A stretch of DNA of 64,000 nt from assembly GCA_002633005.1 (NCBI GenBank), contig NMRA01000978.1:11819-75818 (forward strand), read 5' to 3'. The notes under the pieces were generated by a model. It did no database searches and was not told the DNA's origin. It saw nothing but the letters and a program-made list of their open reading frames with translations. The position numbers were made by a program, and so were the translations under genes. The stretch's first letter is position 1; the number at the start of each line of letters is the position of its first letter. This stretch comes from Phoronis australis (taxonomy: Eukaryota; Animalia; Phoronida). Below, one piece after another: positions 1 through 11,925 of the stretch.

Positions 1-91
1 AGATCGACCGTATCGTATACGAGGTGATGTGGATACAGACCGATTAACACGATAAAAAAGACTAATTAAATCAGGTGGCATTCTCTTTTAA
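1..91 (-). mobile_element. Terminus of a Kolobok-like DNA transposon (same family as 31447)
   Basis: reverse complement TTAA-AAGAGAATGCCACCTGATTTAATT aligns with TTAA-AGGAGAATGCCACCCGATTTAATT at 31447; a TTAA target followed by an RR terminus is typical of Kolobok. Confidence 0.65.
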
Positions 92-321
92 TGTCTTTGT
101 TGTGTATCAAAGCGCTGTATAGCCTTTGTCATACAGGCGTGACTGTATATGTCATGCACTTCGTAGAAGGGGGTTATCTCACATTATTGGGGGTGATTCT
201 AGGACTGATTGTGTTCCTTGCATTTCATTCTTCGTTATGGATTCGCAGTGTGACAAATACATGTATGTGAGGTGCTTGGCGAGTTAACTTATCCATTTAC
301 ATAGACTTTAACTCTGACAAA

Positions 322-1610
322 TTGGTTAATAAGTGTGTTAATTTCGTACGTGAAGACCATTTCAAGGATTTCAAATTGAAAATTTCCAAAGCTTCTGTTA
401 CTGATGAGTCGTTTCTCCGTGAGTGTTCTGGTAGAAGTGATGAAAATATGTCATCGTTGATTTCATTGATAGGTGAGTTGTCTCCTGTTCAAAAGAAACT
501 GATGTCATCTGTCGTTAGGTCCGGTGGCTGTAGCAGTGTTGAGAGTAAACATGTGTCTTCAAGTGCGAACTCATGGGGTAATGTTGTTCGTAGTGACCTT
601 GTTCACTTACCAACGTTTTCAGGTTGTGATAGCGCAGGTATTTCCTTTCAACAGTGGTTATGCGAAGTTCAGTGACTGCAACTCACGTTGCAAAACGATG
701 GTTTACTGAAACAAGCGATCAGGCGCTCGTTGAGTGGCAGTGTAGCTGAATTGCTTGAATCTGATTTGAGTGTAGACGAGTTACTTAGTACGTTAAATTC
801 TAAATACGGTGATGCGTTGCCTGTTTGGAAAATTGTTGAAAAAATTCTACTGTTCACGACAGGATAAAAATGAAAGCGTTACCGGGTGCTTAGAGAAATT
901 AGAAATTCAAATGAAAAAATCTGAATCATGCCCTATTGCGAAAGAGGTGCTGCCATCTGTGCTAAAATCACATTTCGTGTCTGATTTTGCAGTCAAGTGA
1001 CGTCAAACTTGGTCTAAAGCATCTTGTGGAACACGATAGTGGGGAATCATTTGACGATCTGCTGATTCGCGTCCGTCGTTTAGGCACTGACATCAGCAGA
1101 AAATCGCAGTCACGTCACTTTCTTGATGGTGTTAATAAACTCGATAAAATGGTCACTATGATTGATGCTTTGGCTAAAAGAATAGAGAAATTTGAAGGTA
1201 GTTTCACTAGAAGTAGATCCAATGTTTTCAACGCAAAAACTGTGTTCGCGGACAGCCAGTATGGTAACGTGGACAGGTAGCGTTTAGAGCGACAGGATGT
1301 TGGCCAGTCTCTTGATGTGCGGGCTGACAACTTTTTACACAGTTTTGACGACGNTATTAATCAAATGTGACTGTTGAAGAGCTCCTCTAACCACTACATG
1401 TACATGTAGATCCAATGTTTTCAACGCAAAAACTGTGTTCGCGGACAGCCAGTATGGTAACGTGGACAGGTAGCGTTTAGAGCGACAGGATGCTGGCCAG
1501 TCTCTTGATGTGCGGGCTGACAACTTTTTACACAGTTTTGACGACGTTTGTTTCCGGTGCCATGAATACGGCCATAGGGCTGCCAATTGCATGGTTGCTT
1601 TAAATTTCAA
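322..1610 (+). mobile_element. gag: Degenerate Gypsy/Ty3 gag (PNMA-like capsid plus CCHC zinc knuckle)
   Basis: LPTFSG..SFQQWLCEV motif; CFRCHEYGHRAANC at 1549-1590; stops and frameshifts. Confidence 0.8.
1213..1547 (+). repeat. About 140-bp direct duplication across the single n at 1354
   Basis: 1213-1353 nearly identical to 1406-1546. Confidence 0.9.
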
Positions 1611-1619
1611 TCGATCGTC

Positions 1620-2340
1620 GTATGTTTACGTGCCACAGCCGTTACGAAATGGTGTCTCTACATGATGCAGCTGGGCACCGAGGGTATGAGAGAACATTTG
1701 CTTTGATTAGCAATCGTTACTTTTGGGTAGGGATTCAGGGAGATATGTGGCGCAAATCATGTGCGAGATGTTAAATTGCCGTTAAGGGTCCATACAAGAA
1801 ACCGAAGACGATCATGACTCACTTGACTGCAAGTAGACCCAACGAAGTGTTGATCGTTAATTTTACTGTTCTAGAGCAGTCCAGTGACGGTAGAGAAAAC
1901 ATTTTAGTGATGGCTGACTATTCACAAAGTTTACACTGGTTGCTGTGACACGCAGTCAAACTGCCCTGACTGTTTGTTGCCAAGGTTTAACTGAGCTATG
2001 GTTCAATAAGTTTGGTTTCATGGACAAGATTCATAGCAATCAGGGTCGTAATTATCAAAGCGATCTGGTCAAACAGTTGTGTGAATTATATGAAGTTTAG
2101 AAATCCCTTAAAACCCCGTGTCATCCTGAAGGAAATTCACAATGTGGGCGCTTTAATCGCATATATTGTAGAATCTGTTGAAAACTTTGCCAATTGATCA
2201 CAAGCGTACATGTAAATGGCCGGAGTATGTGCATGATCTAGCGATGTATTATAGTACTCTGCACATCACTATTAAGTACTCTCCGTTGTTCTTGTTCTTT
2301 GGCGAGGAACCGAAATTCCCTTCGGATTTTCTCTAGCGTC
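1620..2340 (+). mobile_element. pol: Degenerate Gypsy integrase (HHCC zinc finger plus rve core)
   Basis: LHDAAGHRGYERT..RYFW..CARC; ASRPNEVLIVNFTVLEQSSDGRENILVMADY; WFNKFGFMDKIHSNQGRNYQSDLVKQLCELY; TPCHPEGNSQCGRFNR; PLFLFFGEEPKFP. Confidence 0.88.
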
Positions 2341-4789
2341 TTGATGCAACAAACCTGGCAGATGGTTGCACAAAGGAGTAGACCCTATGTGAAATTGAGA
2401 GCAGCTAAAATGAAAACCGCTTGGTAGCTTACTCAGTATTTTACTGACACTTCGAAGGATAGAAATAAAGCTAGAAATGATACTAACCTGGTTCCCGGGG
2501 ATCACAAGATTACGGCACGGATAACTTGTGAAGGCCCAGGTACCGCAGGGTACTAGAACGATGGTTTTCATTGGCTGTCAGCTGGCGATTTTTAACCAGG
2601 AAGTTGACGTGCGCATGCTTATATCCGGTAAATACGTTATCAGGTCGCCAGGTGCCGCGAGAGTAAACGTTATTTTTGGGTTACGTTTGCGGTGGCACTC
2701 TCTGGTGAGATAGCTGTTCATATTGTTATTTTATCAACAAACTGAGCTGAAATTCACGTAATTATCGATTCATTATTATGAAAATAAATCTATATTAACA
2801 ATGGCTTCACTCTTTTCACTTGGTTTTTTCAGTATGGCTTCACTCTTTTCACTTGTTTTTTCAGTTTCAGAATTTGAACGCTTTATAAAACGTCACTTCC
2901 TGAGTAGACGACGAGTAATTAATTAAATTACAAAAAGCAGTAAATAAGAAAATATGTTTGGGATAATCAACGAACTCTATTTTTGCTAAAACTGACATGA
3001 AAAAAGGTTGCCTTCGCCTTTAATAACCTATTCCCCAAGCACCACTGGTGTAGTCAGCATTATTCAACAGAGGTTACCAAACTTGAAGTTGTTGGCGACC
3101 AATGGTTGTGACGGTAATGAGAGGCAACCTGGAGGCACTGCATGAACAGGGGACAGGGACAGGGGAGCTAGGCAAACACAAAATTGAAATGAGTTTCTAT
3201 CAGGGGAAGGGTCTACAATGAAGAGAGTGTAACCTTGTTGTGCGACCTATGGCTATGTTAATGCCCAGACTTAGTACTTCAGTCTATCCTTAAGCTAGAC
3301 CATATTTCTAATCAATACATCAAAAAAATGAAGTTCCCAATGTTAGACAATTTTTTTATCATGTTGTGTGTTTTGTAGCTTATGAGTGTAATATTTCTAG
3401 GAACATATTAATGATGTCACGGTTTATAATTTTTAGTCAACGTGAGGGTGTTTGCCAGTGCAAATGTTCTAAAGCATTTCACACTGCCCAACTCTTGCCA
3501 CGAGGAGGCCCCTTCAATAAGAGTCAAATTTGTAATTTTGAAAAACTTTTCGAAAAGACCGAACTGTTGACTAAAATCATTGCTGTATTATGTAGATCAT
3601 AACCACACGAATGAAACACTAGCATGTTGCTCAAAACACTGAGCAAAACATAATGGTAATAATCGCATACAGGGGACCCCCCACTTTGAGAACCAATGTT
3701 TTCTACTGCATAACAGGAACCAGTTTTTCACTGAATAGCAGGCGTTAAAACTTGTTCTCAAAATGCAGACTGCCAGTGAGTGACTATTGCCTGGATAACA
3801 ATCCAACCCACCTAACACACAAGAAACCTTTGATTTGGGTTAAGTGACCAAACTTAAAATCTTTGAAGTACCCCACCTCCCAATTTTGAAATGTGAGATG
3901 TTTTTGCAACTAGTCATTTCAACGAATCAGATTTTTTAAGTTCGCTTGCTTACAAAGTCTAACTCCAGGATGCTTTGATTACAACTAACCATAGTAGTTT
4001 CTGAATGTTTTAGAATGGTTCTGGTTTTGCAATTAGACTGAAATTAATAGATGATTGTTGCAAACTGCAACACTTGGCAGTCATTGCTAAATGGCACCCC
4101 CAAAAGCGATAATGTCAGTCATTATAAAACTATTGCTAGACTACTTAATGTTTGTGTGTTTAGGACCATTGACTGCATTTTTATGTTCCTAACTTCTGTT
4201 AGTAGTGACAAGTGTGCCAGTCTATTATGCAATGACAGTGAATAATAGCAGAATTTCAGCATATATCCTTATCTAAGGCTTATCTGTCCCACTACTTCAA
4301 TCTTCACGGTATTCACGGGAGCTTATATAACGTACATGAACATGTTAACATACGAGAGGGTATGCTCTGAAAAGATCGAGACAATCTCCCGTGGTCGCGA
4401 CGCACTCAGTTACTCCTTTCCCACTATTCGGTGCTATAGTACGCCTAAAATGACTGTTGAGTGTGGCCTAATTTCTTCCACAAATTATTTCGTAAAAAGT
4501 CACATCACTTCAGAATCCAGCATAGTATACAAGATAATTATCATAAAATGTTTCGTATATGTTACTGGTGATGTATTTCTTGACTCGTTAGCTTTGAAAT
4601 GCGGGAGTTCGATGCAAACAGAGAGATTTAAACGACTGTAAATCCCTCGATATTCTTTTACTGGAAGTCGCCATGTTGGTGAACTGGTTTTGTCCTAATA
4701 TACAACTGACCAATAGAATGCTTTGTTTCTTGAAATCGGAACAGCCGATGATATTCCAAGAATGCGGATGGAAAAGTGCCATGTAAAAG

Positions 4790-4998
4790 ACCCCAACCAA
4801 TCTCGTGGGTCTGTGCAGGAGACTAGAAATGATACACGTGTTTTCGCCAAATCACTTCCGGTTAGTGCAACGGTATTTCTGAGAGATCACAGTATCATGG
4901 GGAGGAATAAAATTCAGAATGTATTTGGTTCATTTCCTTATCGTCTTGTGTCTCGGAGAAACAATGCATATTCTGTGCGGGCGGCAGATTTTGCCTGA
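4790..4998 (+). mobile_element. C-terminal integrase tail of the same Gypsy element, separated from the core by about 2.4 kb of inserted DNA
   Basis: LPVSATVFLRDHSIMGRNKIQNVFGSFPYRLVSRRNNAYSVRAAD resembles the Gypsy GPY/F-region tail. Confidence 0.65.
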
Positions 4999-5062
4999 CT
5001 CATTCATTAATACTGTGAATAGATCGAAGATCTTGGATGGTAGGGACTTGATAGGTCTCTAG

Positions 5063-7148
5063 TTTTTATGCGCCCACATATCTATATGGCCGTCATCTCT
5101 CTTTAGGCGTCCGTCGTCAGGCGTCCGGCGTCGGCAGCTGTATCTCCTAAACTCCTCACAGGATCTTGATGAGATTTGACAGATGTGTTCCTATAAAGCT
5201 GACCACGGACGACATCGAATTTCGGAGGGAGCCTACTACTGGTGTGGCCCCTAATGGCAGTTTTATTTTTTTACGTTTACCTCTGTATCTTCAAAGTAGA
5301 GAATTACGAAATATAGAAGGCGCTTGCTATTCGCCCTAGCCGCCATGTTCCTTTTGTCTCTAAGTCCATTGTTTAATTAGCGGTAAGATTCCCTCATTTA
5401 TTGTAGTCTTAGCACATCTCTAGCATTGTTAACCTATTGTAATCACACGTCACTTGTCACCGACCTAGTACATGTATTTACCCCCTGTCTCTGTTCTTTG
5501 AGGTTACGATCATTCGTAACTTGCGAGTTATTTTCTACAAAGGTCCTCAACATATTTTCATGAAACTTGGCACATAGGCATCTATAAATGAGGTGACGCT
5601 ATCCTCCCGTTTTGGGATGGATTCGACGAATTTTGCGCTACCTTGTAGCAATTTTTACTGTTTTTTGTCCGCAAGTCTTATCAACCAAACTGCTCTACGT
5701 ATGATTGTAAAAATTGTGGTGTACATGTATGTTCTTACTGTGAAGAGGGGGGCTGGCGATGACTTACGACGACTTTGACTACTGTGGCGCCTCCTAGTGG
5801 CAGTTTTGTTTAATTTGGCGCCTATGGCTGTATCTCGTAAACGCTCTGCAGGATCTTTATTAAATTTAGCAAGTGTACTTATAATTATGAAGTTAACAAA
5901 GGACAACGATGACTTTCGGATGGATCGGACTACCGGTGTTCCCCTAGTGGCAATTTTATTTTTTTTTACGTTTACCTCTGTTTCTTAAAAGATCCTCAAC
6001 GGATTTTCATAAAATTTGGAAGATAGTCATTTATTAGTGAGATGGCGCTTTACTTTTGTTTTCAGATGGATTCAAGGCATTTTGCGCCACCTAGTGGCCA
6101 TTTTTACTGTTTTTTGGTGTTCGGCCCTTTTTCAACCAAACCACTATAACAATGGTTTTAAAGCAAACCACACTAACGATGGTTTTAAAAATTGGCATAT
6201 ATGTTCCTACTGTGAAGAGGACGGGTGAGGGTGATTTTCCAACGACTTCTAGTACTTTGGCGCCTCCTAGTGGCAGTTTTGATTTTATGAATCCATACCT
6301 ATATCTTCTCAACCCACTGCAGTAGCTCTATTAAATTTAATAAGCGTATTTATATGAAATTGCCAACGGATGACAAGGACTTTCAGACATATCCGACGAT
6401 CGCGTTGCCCCTAGTGGCAATTTCATTTTTCCGTTTTCCTCTATTTTTCTGAAGTTCCTTGACGGATATTTATGAAACTTAATAAACAGCTTTCTATTAA
6501 AAAAATGATGACATTTTTCCATTTTCGGGTGGACTGGACGTATTTTGCGCCATCTAGTGGTCATCCTTACTGTTTTTGGGTCTATCAACCAAACCGCTCT
6601 AAGGATGTTTGTGAAAATTGGCATATTTTTCTTAGTATGAAGAAGACAGTTGACGATGATTTTTCGGCTACTTTGACTACTGTGGCGCGCCCTAGTGGCT
6701 GTTTTGTTTTTTTTTTGCTTCCATAGCTGTATCTCCTAAACCCCATTCCAGGATATGAAGTTGACAAACGGACGACGACTTTGAGACGGGTCCGACGAAC
6801 GGTGTGCCATGGGCGCGTACCATAAGGGTTCGGGGCTATAGCCCCCCACTTTTTCAGTGCACCACAAGGGGGGCTGAAGGGGCTTTAGCCTCCCACTTTT
6901 TCAGCACTGCGTCGCCCATGTGTGCCCCTAGTGGCAATTTCATTTTTCCAATATCCTCCGTTTCTCTGAAGCTCTTTCACGGATTTTCATGAAATTTTCT
7001 AAATAGCTTTCTATTAAAAAAAAAACGATGACATGTTGCCATTTCCGGATGGATTCGACGTATTTTGCGCCGTCTAGTGGCCATTTTTAGGATACCGTTT
7101 GCGGTGCATTCGTGGGTGCATTTCAACGCTCGGTGCTACTCTGGTTTT
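5063..7148 (+). mobile_element. Non-autonomous Helentron/DINE-1-like (HINE) element with an internal ~145-bp satellite
   Basis: T-rich ends; subterminal IR ATGCGCCCAC (5068) / GTGGGTGCAT (7112); GCGTCC micro-repeat near the 5' end; tandem units each carrying a cc(t/c)ctagtgg-type motif. Confidence 0.65.
6808..6920. mobile_element. 113-bp MITE with a 5-bp TSD (hAT5-like)
   Basis: TIR CATGGGCG...CGCCCATG; TSD TGTGC on both sides; removing it restores the satellite unit. Confidence 0.85.
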
Positions 7149-7394
7149 CTCTCCTGCTGCTGCTGTTGCGAGCGCGCCAGGCGTTGCTGTGCTGGAAGTG
7201 GGATTTGCGTTCTGATGTTTGTGGTATGAGAAGACTGAATGTTTTCCATTATTTTTCATTTCACTGCGCTTTATTTGCATATTGTATGTTAATGATGATT
7301 GAAAAAAGGGTTTTCATAGTCTCGGTGAAGGTATGGTATTAGTAGAATCAACTGAGAGATTAAAATGTTATGAGTTCGTACGTTTCGGGGACTA

Positions 7395-7680
7395 CTATCT
7401 ACAATCCTTTGTCAACGACTGTTGACGGGACGTCCAGGTTTCCCGCCGTTCTGTTCTCCGGAAGTAGTATTTTGACGTCGTAGTCCTTGATCTCGATTCA
7501 TTTCTTGAGAACCAGCTCCCCTCTTTAGCCAGGATCTTGGTATGTTTACCACATACAGTATGGCCAGAGGTTACCAGATGTTCTCCCACGCCAGTGGACT
7601 TGAATGTCCAGTTTGTTGTGCTCTTTGATTCTGGTACCTAGGGATCGCTTAGTCTCGCCCATGTAGGTATGACACGCATT
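7395..7680 (-). mobile_element. Penelope-like GIY-YIG endonuclease remnant
   Basis: HTYMGETKRSLGTRIKEH...GVGEHLVTSGHTV..HTKILAKEGSWFSR. Confidence 0.8.
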
Positions 7681-8969
7681 CCACCCCCCTCGATCGCCAA
7701 TGTTCTGTCATACATGTATATCAACCGTCATGCACTGAAGATACGATTCAAAATTCATCTACATGTTATGTTAATACTGGTGAGTGATATTAGAAATGAA
7801 CTCAACATCTTGCCAGTGGCGTATACATGTATACTGTTCCACTAATTCTGCCTTCAAATGTCCCTTCAATACTTATAATATATTTTGTTTAATTCACTGG
7901 TACTCTCCACTTGAATCTTTTTAAATTAAGAAGCTCTTCGATTTTTTACGAATCAGAAAATGAGTAATCTAAAAAATGAATGCACTAACAAAAGTCTCTT
8001 TAGACTAAAATGTCTTAACCTACGACCTGTCTACACATGATCTAGCTGAGGCCGAAGTGAGTGATCGAACAACGCATCAACTTCTTTAAACGTTTATTTC
8101 TTATTGGAGAGGAGGAGGTTATCTAAAAAATAATGACGCTTGTAGGCTAACATTCCAAAAGTATTCTAAATATGTCCCTCAATACGCTCGTCAAGCACAC
8201 GGGGCTCGTAATAACGGATTGACAATCTGTTATTACGCCACCAATATGCACTTACGGATTTACAACCTGTAAAGGCAGATTGCAAATACGTATAATTACA
8301 AATTTTTAATCAGTTATAACAGATTCAATTTTTATTTTTTCTGGCATGACAGGTGGTCCTTCGTACATGTACATTTCTGAAATACAAACAAAATAAAACT
8401 ATCAAAGTAGAATATAGTTCCCTTAACCTCGTGCTCTCTGTGCTGGAATGCGTGAGAAGACCTATACTTTCAAGTACATTAAATTTAATATCCTTCGCGT
8501 GGAGTTAACTGTCAGACGAAAATATACAACGCCAATCACCGTAGTCTGGGGGTCGCAATCAAACGAAATCGAATACAGTCTACAGCGACGTCTTTCCTGA
8601 AGTTAACGAAGACTCCTTCATTGTTATTAACTGGTGAAACATAAGAAATAGTTGGCTTGCTTTTATTTCCTTTATATAAGATAGTCTCTCTATACTAAAG
8701 TACATTGTTTCCATTATTGCATAGGTGTCTCTCACAGAAGCGTTATCGTTCCCCTTTCTGTAGTTCACTGTTCTTTGTTGTACCCATTTGATTTCCAAGT
8801 GACTACGGAGCATCTTTGAGGTAACTCCTCGGTCTCTGAAATATAACGCAGTGTGTTCATGGACTATAGTAGACACTGAGGGACTGCCAACTACCGTTCA
8901 AGCGCGTGAGATATATTGTGAGACAGTGCACTTTCCTTTGCATGCCAACATCATAGCACACTGGACCAG

Positions 8970-9121
8970 ACCGTCTCGCTACCCTGGGACTGGGACAGTG
9001 CATGATGATTCATGTAAGTGGTAGTGTTGTGCGACCCAGGAAACAACCGTCTCGCCCCCCTGGGACTGGGACAGTTCATGATGATTCATGTAAGTAGTAG
9101 TGTTGTGCGACCCAGGAAACA
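8970..9121 (+). repeat. Tandem duplication, 2 x ~76 bp
   Basis: accgtctcgc...gcgacccaggaaaca occurs twice in tandem. Confidence 0.9.
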
Positions 9122-9519
9122 AAACGTCCGGTTTTATGAAACGATGATTTGAGGCTATGTTGTATGTGTTTAATAAGTTTTATTTCCTAAACTGAGTTTA
9201 AGGAATTTCAGCAAAAATTGTTCTTGAAATGAAACACTACTATATTTTCATATACACGAAACACGTTGTTAAAATTTTTAAAAATTTGAATAAGTATTAA
9301 AATGCTATAGCGCGGCTCCAGGCGCGATACAGGCCTGTGGACGCCGACGCTTTGACAGCCCACTTTAACATGAGCACGGTTATGGGCCGCCGCTCCAACC
9401 GGCCATGTTTCGGAGTCCCTTATGGTGTGAACCCCCTAGCTCCATAGACCCTATTCACGCCGACAGGAGGCGAGTTCCAAAACGAAGGCTCGCTACGATA
9501 GCTCTGGTGGCTTATCCGC

Positions 9520-9655
9520 GTAGTTGTACACCGCGTTGCCCGAACAGCTAGAAAAATACGGACACTCTGTTTTATAATCCCTAAGAACGTTGGGATTCGA
9601 AAGCGTTGGGTCTATGCCATACGTCGCGACGAAGGAAAATATGTCCGTGTAAAAT
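9520..9655 (+). mobile_element. THAP-domain remnant of a DNA transposon
   Basis: IPKNVGIRKRWVYAIRRDEGKY resembles the THAP P..W..AIRRD core; frameshifted. Confidence 0.55.
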
Positions 9656-10021
9656 TTATAACTGTTTTCGAATCACAATTTCTCGCATCTCGGACTGGAT
9701 GCCGCCATAGCAGCTAGGACCGGAGAACCTTCGGCCAGCCAGGTTGTGTTTTCATGACTATGAGTTGAAGCGCGATGCATTTTTCTTTACAAAAAGGACA
9801 GGGCCCTCAATCCCTCAATTTTGGGGCCAAATATCTGCCCTATATTCCCCTCTCAAAAATATTGAAAAATCACGCGAAATTCCCGGCCACGAGGCCTAAA
9901 AATCCCCTTTGTGATTGAAAATTTCTCTCCAACGGTTCAAATCACCTGTGACCACAGAGTTGACAATTTGAAAAAGTACAAAATCATAGGCGGATTGAGG
10001 GGGGGAGGGCAGGGGCCGCCC

Positions 10022-10181
10022 NNNNNNNNNNNNNNNNNNNNNNNNNNNNNNNNNNNNNNNNNNNNNNNNNNNNNNNNNNNNNNNNNNNNNNNNNNNNNNN
10101 NNNNNNNNNNNNNNNNNNNNNNNNNNNNNNNNNNNNNNNNNNNNNNNNNNNNNNNNNNNNNNNNNNNNNNNNNNNNNNNNN
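10022..10181. other. Assembly gap
   Basis: run of N. Confidence 1.
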
Positions 10182-10411
10182 CTAGGCCTATATGGTATCT
10201 TAGATCAGCCACTGAAAATGCTACTTGAGACAGAGCTATGAGAGCTTGCGAAAGGGTGGTGTGCTATTGATGGTGATCGGGAGGTGAGTAGTTTTCACTG
10301 ACCCGTCACTCGGCGAAACGTTCCTCTCTCAGAAGGCCGCGCACACATGAGGCACCTTTCCCCTCGGATATGGACTAGGCCTCTGAAGAAACATGATAAC
10401 TATGCTTGTTC

Positions 10412-10555
10412 CAGGGGGATCCAGGACTTTGAGTTAGGTGGTGGGGGCAAGGCAGAGTATTAGCCAGGATTTTGCCCGTCAGAAATTCGCACTCCTGAAC
10501 TGGCAAATGGAATCTGGGAGAATTTCAGGGGGGCTCCCCTCTAAATCCGCCACTG
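10412..10555 (+). mobile_element. About 140-bp MITE with a 5-bp TSD (hAT5-like), copy 1 of 3
   Basis: CAGGGGGATCC...AATCCGCCACTG; TSD TGTTC; homologous to 33577 and 56597. Confidence 0.85.
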
Positions 10556-11404
10556 TGTTCTGTCCAGTTAACTGAAATTGAGCTCTAAAACGAGGCTATG
10601 CTTTAGACGAAAGAACTAGGTGTTTTAATTTTAAAATTCAACTTGGTCGATATTTGAAAACTATAACACATGAAATAGACGTAATTATTAAAACCAAGAA
10701 AGCAGAATTGATGGTCATATAATTTTTATTTTCAATTGCTAGCCTAGTTTTTTATCGTAATCAAAATATATATCTAATAATATCAAGTATTACTTCAGAT
10801 CAATGACAAATCAACTGTTAGTCCCGGTAGTGCCTACCTCACCAGGAATTAGGCTATGCTTGAAGCTAATAGGCCTACTCTTGATCAACAAATTAAACCA
10901 GATGAGACTAATTGCACATGACAGCAAAATGCTATGAGCCACCACTGTCGAATATATCTTCAACTCGTCAACAATACGACCAGATGACCTGGTTCGTGTA
11001 GAAAGCATTTTTATCAAGAATTTATTAGAAGAAACGTAACCCTGCATTCAGCATACATGTATTACCTAATCCGTAACACTACGATCGCCGCAATTAGGTC
11101 ATGATTACTTTCCATGTTTCGAACCTAGTTTTCCGGAAAAAAGCCTATATCTTTTCGTCAGACAACTCTTTGGTGCATTGACTTGTTCTTGAACTGTATT
11201 TTTCTACGTCTCTGTGGTTAATTATTGACATTTTTTAAGATTTAACATTCAGGTTGGACTCCAAAGACCGGCCATTTAACTCACGCAATGTAAATTTCCG
11301 CTTTGTTCATCGCAGTGAGCCTCGCTTTGGATTTTAATGTCCGCCGCGTGAATAGAGTGTATGATCTTTGACCTATCCATGCTTTTATGTAATTGACCTA
11401 TAGC

Positions 11405-11558
11405 CAGCCTTCCGTTCAGTAACGCTAGGTCCTCGCTAAAAGCAAGACTTCGCGAGATTACATGAGACATTGACGTTTATTTTTAATGAGAGCACCTGAC
11501 TTTGACTAGATTTTAGCTAGGTCCTAGCGTAGGTCCTAGTGTTACTGAACGCACGCCA
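11405..11558. mobile_element. MITE with TIR cgttcagtaacgctagg; second copy inverted at 47297-47448
   Basis: inverted termini and homology between the two copies. Confidence 0.8.
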
Positions 11559-11699
11559 GGATTATGACTGACGTCTTATCTGACCAATCAGAACGCAGCA
11601 TTTTTGACACACCTGCGTTTCCAAGCCGTCATTTTACCCGACAAACAACACGTTGTCCTGTAATACTTATTTTAGTCTATAGCTCAAGAAATTGTGTGA

Positions 11700-11925
11700 T
11701 AAGAATGTTGACACGGTGTTGATATAGCGCGTGTAATTCCGACAGCCGCTATGCAGCTCGAAAAGAATATCCCGTCACTTTGGTCATCTCCTAAGCCGAA
11801 AATTGATGTCGAAAGGTGTAAACTATGGATGAAACTGTATGAACGGCCACACGAACAGCTGCACTTGGCAATGTTGCTGGATTACTTGAAGGTTGAACAC
11901 AAATATAATTGTTCCAAGATACGCA
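11700..11925 (+). mobile_element. THAP-domain remnant (Harbinger/ISL2EU-type accessory domain)
   Basis: CNSDSRY...PKPKIDVERCKLWMKLYERPHEQL...YNCSK. Confidence 0.6.

Noticed and set aside
184-206. Primer-binding site after a 5' LTR end (CA-ttat-TGGGGG)
   Set aside because: The position fits, but it does not clearly match a tRNA 3' end and no second LTR copy is visible
8580-8960. KolX/P2X7-like Cys-rich remnant on the minus strand
   Set aside because: Too degenerate to support
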